64,000 nucleotides of DNA, taken from assembly GCF_009914755.1 (NCBI RefSeq), contig NC_060928.1; one strand, written 5' to 3'. Both the position numbers and the translations under genes were made by a program. Below, piece after piece: positions 17,042-28,099 of the stretch. A model generated the notes under the pieces. That model worked only from the letters and a program-made list of their open reading frames with translations, had not been told where the DNA came from and did not search any database. Position 1 is the stretch's first letter, and each line of letters starts with the position of its first letter. The stretch comes from the human T2T-CHM13v2.0 reference genome, Homo sapiens.

Positions 17042-18800
17042 AATAAGAACTGTGAACTCTCAATTGATGAGGAAATATCAACTTGGTGCACTCAAGGACA
17101 TTTACATTATGATGACCATGGGGTTTATGAACATTTATAACTTTTTATAATTTCCATATTACATTTCTCATAGTATGGACAACTTTTTGCCACTAACTGA
17201 ATTCTCCAAATACTCACACGTGAAATTTCAAAAAAGAAGCCACAAATATGTAGTTCTGAAGATGTTGAATAATCATTTTACAAAGCAGTTTTCTGAATGG
17301 GGATTAGTTGGTGATTGTTTGTAACAAATATGCTAATGCTTTAGAAATGTCAGTATTTTTGTAATTATTTCTACCTCCAAATATATATATATTGTCTTTC
17401 ACTGGATAATGTGTGTAGATTTTTACATGTGCCTTATTTGACAATGCTTATGTCTTGTTTTTGCTTGTCTCATTTGAAGTTCTTTTTTATTATGTTAAAG
17501 AATGCAGCTGTATAGATTATATAGCTTTCATTTTATTGCTATTTGAAGCAGATGTTCACCAATGTCAGCAAGAACTCAACCTGAATTTAAAGGTGGCATT
17601 CCATATACTAACATCCCCCAGGTCCTCTCAAGTACTTCTGCTGAAACAAATTTATTTGGCTAGGCACTAAGTTGTTTTCCAGTGAATAGTAACTAAAGAA
17701 GCCCCTACCTTGCTCCATGGATTAATTCCTTCTGTTCATTTTCCAACTGCACTAATTGTGCATATTACTCTGCCTAATCTTGTGCATGTTTTCATTGATT
17801 TCCCTCTCCCGGCTTTTGCTTCTCTTGAAACTGTTGCCCAGTCACTTCTGCTCCAATTCTCTTCCTCTCTAAATAGTAGTTTATTACTGCCACATCTCCA
17901 TGCATCAGCAAAATGTTGGTGACATTTTTCTAGCCTGGCAGAACAGATTACTTAAAGCTATTTCACTTCAAAGCAGACTGAATGTGACTTCATCTAAAGG
18001 CAGCATTAGGTACTGCATGGAAATAGGTCATTAACTTGAAACTCTTATCAAAATATATTTTACCAGTTTCCAGAATTTCCAGTACAGGACCGCCTGAAGA
18101 GAGAGCCATTGTTCAATTCCAATTCAGTGTGAGTGACAAAGTGAAATTTAGAAGTGAAGTTGTCTATTTGATATTTAACTCTTTATTAAATCTTTCTTTA
18201 AATTTCTGCCTGTCAGTCTATATTGCTGTTTTTATTATACATCAGTTTCTTTGTATAACTTGTGAGTTCCATGTGTTTTGTTTTTATTATGTAAATATCA
18301 TTATAAATAAACTTATTTATAAATCAAAGATTTGTTAATTTTTGGAAATCATGCTTTTCAAAGCATCCTAACTTGCTAAGATGCTAGGTAGTACGACCCT
18401 CTGGATTTGGAAGGCAAATAAAACTCTTACAGTGATTATTTAGATATTAAAGACTGAGAACTCACGGCTTAACCCCAGTCTTGATGGTATATTGAACAGA
18501 CTGAATATATTTTACCATTACAGGGCTAAAAGGAGTCTTCGTGTGTTAATACTACCTCCTTGTACATCACTATACCCAAATCAGTTATTCAAATTGTTAG
18601 GAATTTTACCTTTTAAAATCTCATAATGGATATCTCATGTTTTCTGTATTAATGTATTTTCAATGATAGGCTGTTTCTTTTTTTGTTGTTATTGTTGTTG
18701 TTGTTATATCCATACTTTTATCTCTAATGAAATGTAGTTGGGTTCTTCCTGTAATGCGCTATTATGTCTTGGGCTTAATAAAAATATTTGTGATCATAAG
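17042..18800 (+). other. SMARCAD1: SMARCAD1 3'UTR (end approximate)
   Basis: Repeat-free AU-rich sequence after the stop; AATAAA at 18306, 18417 and 18777. Confidence 0.8.
18777..18782 (+). terminator. Likely distal poly(A) signal of SMARCAD1
   Basis: AATAAA followed by CA and a GT/T-rich downstream element. Confidence 0.7.
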
Positions 18801-19889
18801 TTGTATTTTCACACCCTTTTTAATAGTTTCTAACCCTTCCTCCTCCTACCCTTAAAATCATATAATATTGGGCACAAATGAGATTATCTTATGTGCTTAA
18901 TATTGCCTGTTTGCCAGTAAATTGGAACTTACTACTTAGGATGTATTCTCATTGGTTCCTTCATTGGACTGATGTCAGTAAATACTGTAACCCATTATCA
19001 CTACAGAGCAAATGAAGCGAGAGTTGGAGTAATATCTTGACCAACTGAAGCATTTTTTAAATGCAAGCTACACAAAGAAGACATGCCTTATGCATTTTTA
19101 TAACTGTTTGGGACCCCCATAGAGTTTTAACTTTATGCCAGTAGATACTTACTTTGAAACATTACTGTTGTTCCTAACAGTTGGCATTATCGTGTAGTGG
19201 AGAGACGGGGTATGAGGAGATTTGGTTTCCATTTGTGTGACCTTACGTGTGATACTTCACAGTCCATAAATTTAAGGAATTCGGATTGTTTTAACTCTTA
19301 CCAAAAATGTATTTTTGAAATTATAAATTCAATATGCAGTTCACTTTCTGCTTGACTTCACTCTCGCTTAGCCACCCTCTCTTTGTATAGAAGCAAAGAG
19401 ACATTTAATTTGCATACACAATGGGATAATGGAATGTATTGTCCTTTAGCGCAAAAAGATTACCTAAAGGTTATAATAATGCTAAATATTTCCTTATGAA
19501 ACTTGCTGTGGTTATACTTTATACTTGTATTATGATTTGTATAAATAGGATTATCTTATTTTGAATTTTCATAATTTTGTATAAGCATTGGATTATCACT
19601 TTTACTTAGTTCTGTCTTCATTAAAGCTTGATGTGGGGGAAATTTAGCTATGCAGAAGAGTGAAGAAAAGCTAACTACTTTTATTATCTAGAACATTATT
19701 TGCATTTCTTTTGTTAAAGGTAATTTTTCTTCAGATTGCCTGGATTACATGTTGGAGGGTTTTGAATGAGATTCACATACAACCTATTATCATTTACTTA
19801 TAGCAACTAATAACAAGAAAATTTGATCCAAAGAATCAAGGTACTTAGAAAATACACTGTTTTTATGTGTAATCCTTAATAATTTATAT

Positions 19890-20190
19890 TTGTTGTTGTT
19901 GTTGTTGTTGTTTTGAGACAGAGTCCCTCTGTCATGCAGGCTGGAGTGCAGTGGCGTGATCTCGGCTCACAGCAACCTGTGCCTCCCAGTTCAAGTGATT
20001 CTTGTCTCGGCCTCCTGAGTAGCTGGGATTACAGGTGCCCGCCACCACACCCGGCTTATTTTTGTATTTTTAGTAGAGATGGGGTTTCACCATGTTGGCC
20101 AAGTTGGTCTCGAACTCCTGACCTCAAGTGATTCACCCGCCTCGGCCTCCCAAAGGCTGGGATTACAGGCGTGAGCCACTGCGCCCGGCC
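19890..20190 (-). mobile_element. Alu (Sx-like) with (GTT)n-degenerated tail
   Basis: Alu dimer. Confidence 0.92.
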
Positions 20191-20334
20191 TAAAGTATTA
20201 GGTAACTTTTTTTTCAATTTCATAAAACATTGAGAGGAAAGAAACACCTTAAATAAGATCATACCTATCTGGGCTTTTCTTTTCCTCTTCTTTCTTTCTC
20301 CCCAACATCCTCCTCTCTTTTTTGACTTCTTAAT

Positions 20335-20761
20335 TGTGAATAAAGCTTCTGTAAATATATGTGGACAGGTTTTTATGTGGACATGTTTTCAGGTCCTTGA
20401 AATAAATATCAAGGAGCACAATTGCTAGATTGTATGATAAGCATATGTTTAGTTTTATAAGAAATTGTCACTGTCTTCCAAGGTAGCTGTACCATTTGTA
20501 CTCTCATCAGCAACAAATGAGAGTTACCCGTGCTCCACATCCTCGTCAGCGTTTGGTGTTGTCTGCTGTTTTGGATTTTTTACCATTGTGACAGTCATAT
20601 AGTGGTATCTTGTTTTAATTTGCAGTTCCCTAATGACATTTTGTTGGGCACCTCTTCATATGCTTATTGCTACCTGTATCTTTGTTGAGGTGTCTATTGA
20701 GGTCTTTTGCCCATCTTTTGATCAGCTTGTTTGTTGTCTTATTGTTGAGTTTTATGAGTTC

Positions 20762-20762
<1 letters not shown>
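20335..20762 (-). mobile_element. Old L1M 3' fragment interrupted by HERV-H; continues 26106-26190
   Basis: Antisense L1 ORF2-end/3'UTR-like text that reads through once HERV-H and one TSD copy are removed. Confidence 0.75.

Positions 20763-20763
<1 letters not shown>

Positions 20764-20811
<48 letters not shown>
20764..20811. repeat. (TG)24 microsatellite
   Basis: Directly visible perfect dinucleotide run. Confidence 0.98.
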
Positions 20812-20812
<1 letters not shown>

Positions 20813-21204
20813 AACATGGCTGTTTATTCCACCTGGGTGCAGGTGGGCTGAGTCCGAAAAGAGAGTCAGTGAAGGGAGATACGGGTGGGGCCGTTTTATA
20901 GGATTTGGGAAGGTAATGGAAAATTACGGTCAAAGGGGGTTGTTCTCTGGTGGGCAGGGGTGGATCTCACAAAGTACATTCTCAAGGGTGGGGAGAATTA
21001 CAAAGTCCCTTCTTAAGGGTGGGGGAGATTACAAAGTACATTGATCAGTTAGGGTGCGGCAGGAACAAATCACAATGGTGGAGTGTCATCAGTTAAGGCT
21101 GTTTTTACTTCTTTTGTGGATCTTCAGTTACTTTAGGCCATCTGGATGTATACGTGCAAGTCACAGGGGATGCGATGGCCTGGCCTGGGCTCAGAGGCCT
21201 GACA
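20812..21204 (-). mobile_element. LTR7 U3+R (3' LTR lacking U5)
   Basis: Starts TGTCAGGCCTCTGAGCCC at 21204, directly after PPT AAGAAGGCAGGAA (21217-21205); TATAAAA at 20900-20894; AATAAA at 20828-20823. Confidence 0.93.
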
Positions 21205-24200
21205 TTCCTGCCTTCTTATATTAATAAGACAAAACAAAATAGTGTTGAAGTGTTGGGGTGGTGAAAATTTTTGGGGGGTGGTATGGAGAGAGAATGGGTG
21301 ATGTTTCTCAGGGCTGCTTCAAGCGGGATTAGGGGTGGCGTGGGAACCTAGAGTGGGAGAGATTAAGCTGAAGGGAGATCTTGTGGTAAGGGGTGATATT
21401 GTGGGGATGTAAGAAGAAACATTTGTCGTATAGAATGATTGGTGATGGCCTGGATACGGTTTTGGATGAATTGAGAAACAAAATGGAATAAGAGAAGGAG
21501 AAAAACAGGTATAAAAGGTCTAAGAATTGGGAGGACCTAGGACATCTGATGAGAGAGTGCCTAAGGAGATGCAGCATAGTCCTGCCAGCAAAGATTATTT
21601 ATTTACTTCAAGAGTTTAGAGTGGCAGTTTGGGGATAGCACCAGGAGATATCAGCTGTGATGGCTAGGAGAAAGTGTAAACCGGCAGTGTAAACAAGAGC
21701 ACGGCATGCATGAGTAGTTGAGAACGGTGAATAGGAGTATGACTAGACAAAAGATAGTAGGGATGACAAGTTTTTTGGGGGCACAGTCTAAGTTGGTCTG
21801 GTGTCAAATGAGACTGGGGCCTAATAAAAAGGAGCGTCTATACAGGAGCTTAAATGGGCTGTACCTTGTAGCATTCTGAGGACAGGCCTGAATTCTGAGA
21901 AGCAAAAGTGGTAAAAGTATTGTCCAGTCCCTTTTAAGTTGGTGGCTGAGCTTGGTGAGCTGTGTTTTTAAAAGACCTTTAGTCCGTTCTACTTTTCTTG
22001 AAGACGGAGGACCGTAAGGGATATAAAGGTTTCACTGAAACCTACTAAAAGCCTGAAAAACTGCTTGGCTGATTTGACTAATAAAGGCTGGTCCGTCATC
22101 AGACTGTATAGAGGTGGGAAGGCTAAACTGAGGAATTATGTTTGACAGAAGGAAAGAAATGACTGCGGTGGCCTTCTCAGACCCTGTAGGAAAGGCCTTT
22201 ACTTATTCAGTGAAAGTGTCTATTTGGACTAAGAGGTATTTTAGTTTCCTGACTCGGGCATGTTGAGTAAAACTAATTTGCCAGTCCTGGGTGGGGCAAA
22301 TCCTCGAGCTTGATGTGTAGGGAAGGGAGGGGGCCTGAATAATCCCTGAGGAGTAGTAGAATAGCAGATGGAACACTGAGAAGTTATTTCCTTGAGGATA
22401 GATTTCCACGATGGAAAGGAAATGAGAGGTTCTAAGAGGCGGGCTAGTGGCTTGTACTATAGCATAGCCTGCCTTTGCTGGTATGCGGCGATTAGGCCTG
22501 GTGGAACTGCCATCAATAAATCAAGCGTGATCAGGGTGAGGAACAGGAAAGAAGGAAATATGGGGAAATGGGGTGAATATCAGGTGGATCAGAGAGATAC
22601 AGTCATGGGGGTCAGGTGTGGTATCAGGAATAATGTGGGAGGCCGGATTGAAGTCCGGGCCAGAAACAATGGTAATTGTGGGACTTAAAGAGTAAGTACA
22701 GCTGAAGGAGCCGGGGAGCAGAAAGTATATGCGTCAGGTATGAGGAAGAAAATAGATTTTGGAAGTTATGAGAAATGTAGAGAGTGAGTTGAGCATAGTT
22801 TGTGATTTTTAGGGCCTCTAAAAGTATTAAAGCAGCGGCAGCCGCTGCACGCAGACATGAGGGCTAGGCTAAAACAGTAAGGTCAAGTTGTTTGGACAGA
22901 AAGGCTACAGGGTGCAGTCCTGGCTCTTGTGTAAGAATTCTGACCGCACTAACCATGCCTAGGAAGGAAAGGAGTTGTTGTTTTGTAAGGGATTGAGGTT
23001 TGAGAGATTAATCGGACATGATCAGCAGGGAAAGCACGTGTGTTTTTATGAGAATTATGCCGAGATTAGGTAACAGATGAGGATGAAATTTGGGCTTGAC
23101 TGAAGTAATGGGGGCTGTCTGTGAAGCCTTGCGGCAGTACAGCCCAGGTAATTTGCTGAGTCAGGGTCAAAGTGAAAGCAAAGAGAGGCTGGGATGAAGG
23201 GTGCAAAGGAATAGTAAAGAAAGCACGTTTGAGATCTAGAACAGAATAATGGGTAGTAGAGGGAGGTATTGAGGATAGGAGAATATATGGGTTTGGCACC
23301 ACGGGGTGGATAGGCAAAACAATTTGGTTGATAAGGTGCAGATTCTGAACTAACTTGTAAGCCTTGTCTGGTTTTAGGACAGGTAAAATGGGGGAATGGT
23401 AAGGAGAGTTTATAGGCTTTAAAAGGTCATGCTGTAGCAGGCAAGTGATAACAGGCTTTAATCCTTTTAAAGCATGCTTTGGGATGGGATCTTGACATTG
23501 AGCGGGGTAAGGGTGATTAGGTTTTAATGAGATGGGAAGGGGTGCATGATCGGTCGCCAAGGAGGGAGTAGAGGTATCTTATACTTGTGGGTTAAGGTGG
23601 GGGGATATAAGAGGAGGAAACAAAGGAGGCTTTGGATTGGGAAGAAGGGCAGCAATGAGATGTAGCTGTAGTCCAGGAATAGTCAGGGAAGCAGATAATT
23701 TAAAGTGTCTCAGCCTAATAAGGGAACTGGGCAGGTGGGGATAACTAAAAAGGAGTGCTTAAAAGAGTATTGTCTAAGTTGGCACCAGAGTTGGGGAGTT
23801 TTAAGAGGTTTAGAAGCCTGGCCGTCAATACCCACAACAGTTATGGAGGCAAGGGAAACAGGCCCTTGAAAAGAAGGTAATGTGGAGTGGGTAGCCTCCA
23901 TATTGATTAAGAAGGGGACGGACTTACCTTCCACTGTGAGAGTTACCCAAAGCTCGGGGTCCGTGATGGTCTACGGGGCTTCCGAGGCGATCGGGCAGCA
24001 TCAGTCTTCAGCCGCTAAGCCGAGAAGGAGTCAGTCAGAGAGCCTTGGGCCAGAGTTCCAGGGGCTCTGGGAGTGGCTGCCAGGTGAGTTGAACAGTCCA
24101 ATTTCCAGTGGGGTCCCGCACAGATGGGACATGTCTTAGGAGGAATCCTGGGCTGCAGGCATTCCTTGGCCTAGTGGTCAGATTTCTGGCACTTGTAGCA

Positions 24201-25260
24201 AGCTCCTGTGGGAGGAGGTTCTGGAGGAACGCCTGTCCGCTGCAGTTCAGGCGTTTGGAAGTTCTTGTGTGCTGGAGATGTGGCTGGGGTTTGTCTCACA
24301 GTGGAGGCCAGGAATTGCAACTTTTTTCTATTATTGTACACCTTGAAGGCGAGGTTAATTAAATCCTGTTGTGGGGTTTGAGGGCCAGAATTTAATTTTT
24401 GGAGTTTTATTTAATGTCGGGAGCAGATTGGGTAATACAATGTATATTGAGAATAAGATAGCCTTTTGACATTTTAGGGTCTAGGGCTGTAAAGCGTCTC
24501 AGGGTTGCTGCCGAACGAGCCATGAACTGGGCTGGGTTTTTATATTTGATGAAAAAGCCTAAACACTATCTGATTTGGGATAAAGAAAAAGGAGCATTAA
24601 CCTTGACTATGCCTTTAGCTCCAGCCACCTTTTTAAGAATAAATTGCTGGGCAGGTGGGGGAGGGCTAGTCACAGAACGAAACTGTAAGCCAGACCAGGT
24701 GTGAGGAGGGGAGGCGATAAAAAGATTATAGGGTGGAGGAGTGGAGGCTGAGGAAGAATTGGGACCTAGCTTGGCCTGGCTAGGAGGGGAGAGGTCAGAT
24801 GGGTCTGTAGAAAAGGAAGATTAGAAAGACTCAGCGACGCTTGGCGTTGGGACTGAGGGGACAGGCAGGAGATTTGGGACGAGTTGCATTGGGCACAGAG
24901 ACTAGGAATGGACTGATGTGTAAAAGAATGCCTGGATGTCAGGCACCTCAGACCATTTGCCCATTTTACGACAGGAATTATTTAGATCTTGTAGGACGGA
25001 AAAATTGAAAGTGCCGTTTTCCGGCTATTTGGAACTACTGTCGAGTTTGTATTGGGGTCAAGCAACATTGCAGAAGAAAATAAGACACTTAGATTTTAGG
25101 TCAGGTGAGAGTTGAAGAGGTTTTAAGTTCTTAAGAATACAGGCTAAGGGAGAAGAAGGAGGAATGGAGGTGGAAGCTTGCCCATAGTGAAGGAGGCAAG
25201 CCCAGAGAAAAGAGAGCGTAGAGACACGGAGGGAAGGGGTTTGGGGGTTCTTGCCCCCTA

Positions 25261-25459
25261 GAAAAGCAGGACTTGCCGCTAAGGGTGAAGGAGAAGGGGT
25301 TGAGGGGTACTTGCCCCTGCCCCAGGAAAGCGGAACTTGCCGCTAAGCGTGAAGGAGAAGGGGTTGAGGGGTACTTGCCCCTGCCCCAGGAAAGCGGGAC
25401 TTGCCGCTAAGGGTGAAGGAGAAGGGGTTGAGGGGTACTTGCCCCTGCCCCAGGAAAGC
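25261..25459. repeat. 64-bp tandem repeat, about 3 copies, in the HERV-H leader
   Basis: ACTTGCCGCTAAG recurs at 25271, 25335, 25399 (and 25524). Confidence 0.9.
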
Positions 25460-25961
25460 AGAGAAGGGGTAGAGACAAGGAGAGAAGGGGTTGGGGTACT
25501 TGCCCCTTCCCCAGAAAAGCGGGACTTGCCGCTAAGGGTGAAGGACCAAGGCAGGCGTCCCTGCGTGGTCTGACACCCTTGATACATGGGTGTATAATCA
25601 GAGAGGCGTCCCTGCATTGATTAAACACCAAGGGAAGGCTGCCTTCCCAGTCCGTGACCGGCGCCGGAGTTTTGGGTCCACGGATAAAACGTGTCTCTTT
25701 TGTCTCTACCAGAAAATGAAAGGAATTGAAATTAAGAGAAGGGAGAGATTGAAGTGTAGCGCCAAGATTGAAAGGAGAAAGAGGTTGAGGGATAGTGAGG
25801 GAAGTTGGAGAAGAGAGTAAAAAGAGGCCGCTTACCGGATTTGAAATTGGTGTGATGTTTCTTGGGCTGGGCGGTCTGAGGACCTGAGGTCATAGGTGGA
25901 TCTTTCTCACGGAGCAAAGAGCAGGAGGACAGGGGATTGATCTCCCAAGGGAGGTCCCCCA

Positions 25962-25979
25962 ATCCGAGTCACGGCACCA
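25962..25979 (-). promoter_or_regulatory. HERV-H primer binding site (tRNA-His)
   Basis: TGGTGCCGTGACTCGGAT, complementary to the tRNA-His 3' end. Confidence 0.93.
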
Positions 25980-25981
25980 AA

Positions 25982-26088
25982 TTTCATACGCGTCCGTGTG
26001 AAGAGACCACCAAACAGGCTTTGTGTGAGCAACGTGGCTGTTTATTTCACCTGGGTGCAGGTGGGCTGAGTCCGAAAAGAGAGTCAGC
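25982..26088 (-). mobile_element. LTR7 R+U5 only (5' LTR lacking U3)
   Basis: Begins GCTGACTCTCTTTTCGG, ends ...GCGTATGAAA just before the PBS. Confidence 0.93.
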
Positions 26089-26997
26089 CGAGTTTTATGA
26101 GTTCTATATAATTTTGAATAATAGTCTTTTGTCAGATACATGTTTTGCAAGTATTTTCTCCAAGTCTGTGGCTTGTCTTCTCCTTCTCTTGATCTCTGGG
26201 GTATCTACATTTTTCTCATCACAACAACTTTATTCATGTCAGTAAATTCATCTTTACAAGTTTCTCTGGCTGCATATCTAGAGCCTTTTGAGCCGTGTCA
26301 GATTCCCACAGTCAGCTCTTTTCTCGATAACTCTTTATATTCAGTTTGAATTTCATTCCAGGATTATCAGTTTTTGTTCCTTTGCTGCACTTTCATCTTT
26401 GTTGGGGAGTTCCCTCTTTTGATTCATTTTTGTAAAATGTCAAAGGGATTTATCACTGGGCCACAAGCAGGCAATAGCAATACAACTACACACTTTGCTA
26501 TCTATGCAGGAATAACAGATGTGCAGTGACCTCTGGCAGTCTTTGATAGAAGTGACTGGTCATTGGTCATGATGTACATAGGTTATTTACACAGCGATAT
26601 GTGAACTGGAGAGCTACTAGCAAAGTTTGTGTTTTATGCAATTACAGGTAATTGTGGTAGCTGAAGTCCAAAACATTTTGGGGGAGGGGAAGAATGGTGT
26701 TGCTAAACCATTATGACTGCAATTCGTGCATGTTAGAACCTGTGCAAAGCAAGGTCTGCCTGTATTACATACTATTTTTCTGTAATTGTAAATGATGAGA
26801 AGCTATTCTGAAAGAAAAAGATACTGAAGAAAGATTTGTTTTTATTTTCCTTTTTAAAAATCAGAATATGGCTAAAGTGAAAATCTTAGTGGAGCTGGGG
26901 AGGGAGCATGTGGATTATCTGGCAGGCTGATGTAGCTGTCTTATCTGATGAGAGAGATGCCCCCGAGAAAAACAAACTTGAAGGCAACATGGATCAG
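26025..26997 (-). other. HPGDS: HPGDS 3'UTR with candidate poly(A) signals at 26846-26841, 26234-26229 and 26046-26041 (last one inside HERV-H R)
   Basis: tttatt on + strand at these positions downstream of the stop codon; the true end is inferred. Confidence 0.65.
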
Positions 26998-27162
26998 CTA
27001 GAGTTTGGTTTGGGGCCTTCGTTTTATCCAGTTAGCGACGGCAGGAATGGCTTGGACTTTCTTCCGTAAAGTCACCAGCCTTGGATGGTTGTCTAACAGG
27101 TCAGGCTTAAAGACCAAAAGTGTGGTACTGCAAATCTCCCAGTAGAAGTCTGCCCAAGTTAC
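26998..27162 (-). CDS. HPGDS: HPGDS last coding segment, VTWADFYWEICSTTLLVFKPDLLDNHPRLVTLRKKVQAIPAVANWIKRRPQTKL-stop
   Basis: 165 nt; the five exons sum to 600 nt = 199 aa + TAG. Confidence 0.97.
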   Translation of the reverse strand, partial: VTWADFYWEICSTTLLVFKPDLLDNHPRLVTLRKKVQAIPAVANWIKRRPQTKL

Positions 27163-28099
27163 CTAGTTTAAAGGAAACAAACTTTTCATTTGAACATAGA
27201 AAGTGTAGCTGTATCAGCATTCCAAAATTGAAATTAGTTTCTTAATCTAAAAGATTCAAAACAATCTTGTTATTACAAAAGCAGAATGTTTATATGATAG
27301 AAGTTCAGAAAATTACTGATATCACACTCCAGCAATCAGGTTACTACTATTAAACATTTTCGTGTATAAGATATTTTTCTATGCTGATAGATGTTGTTTT
27401 ACTAACATGAGATCTTAATGGTACATACTCTTGTAACCTTGTCCAGTCTCCACCTCTCTGTGACAATACATTTTCCTTATCCAATAACCAATACGTATTT
27501 TTCCATCTGTTCTAAAATTGCCCTTTACAGGACAAAGCAGGATCTATTCCAGGTCTATGCATTTGATCTGCTTATGTCCATTAACTCTTCAAAGCAGTAC
27601 CCTTTTTTTCACATCACCAAATTATTGAAGATTTCACACTAGTCCTACAGAATGTTCTATCTTCAGGACCTTTGTATTTCATCTTACCTTGTTCCTTTGT
27701 ACTACGTAGTATAAAGGAAGGTGCAGGTTACTCTTAGAGGGTATATAATTTCAAGTGAAATATTTGTGGCTAAAATACATTATATTGTATCACATAAAAA
27801 GAATATATGGATGTCTGACCATTAGGGGTATGCCAAGATTGGCCACTGGATTAGTGATGACAGCCTGGTCCTACCATTGTACAGTTGTATGTTTTTATCT
27901 TTGTGTTAGAAACTAATCTGTATGCTGTTACTTTGGCTCCATATGATTATCAAAGAGTGAAGTTTAAATGTGGCCCACTCTTTTTTCTTTTTGTATAGAA
28001 TTTAATAAAGCTGATTGCTAGTGCCTCAGGAACTTATTAAACATCTGTCAGCCAAGAGAAGCTACTGGCTGGAAGACTCAGAATTCAGAATAAATCCAG

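Larger units (their letters stand above)
20763..26089 (-). mobile_element. HERV-H element with mRNA structure (R-U5-PBS-gag-pro-pol-PPT-U3-R), deleted 5.3-kb type, non-coding
   Basis: His-tRNA PBS, two CCHC knuckles (CYKCQKSDH*AKEC, CPICAGPHWKLDC near 24095-24200), protease ORF 23710..23934, RT ORF 23066..23560, integrase fragment 22203..22409, TSD GAGTTTTATGAGTTCT at 20747-20762 and 26090-26105. Confidence 0.95.

Noticed and set aside
22203-24362. HERV-H gag/pro/pol as protein-coding genes
   Set aside because: Fragmented, stop in the first zinc knuckle, large pol/env deletions
25261-25545. Repeat array resembling CRISPR
   Set aside because: Units are contiguous with no unique spacers; eukaryotic ERV leader
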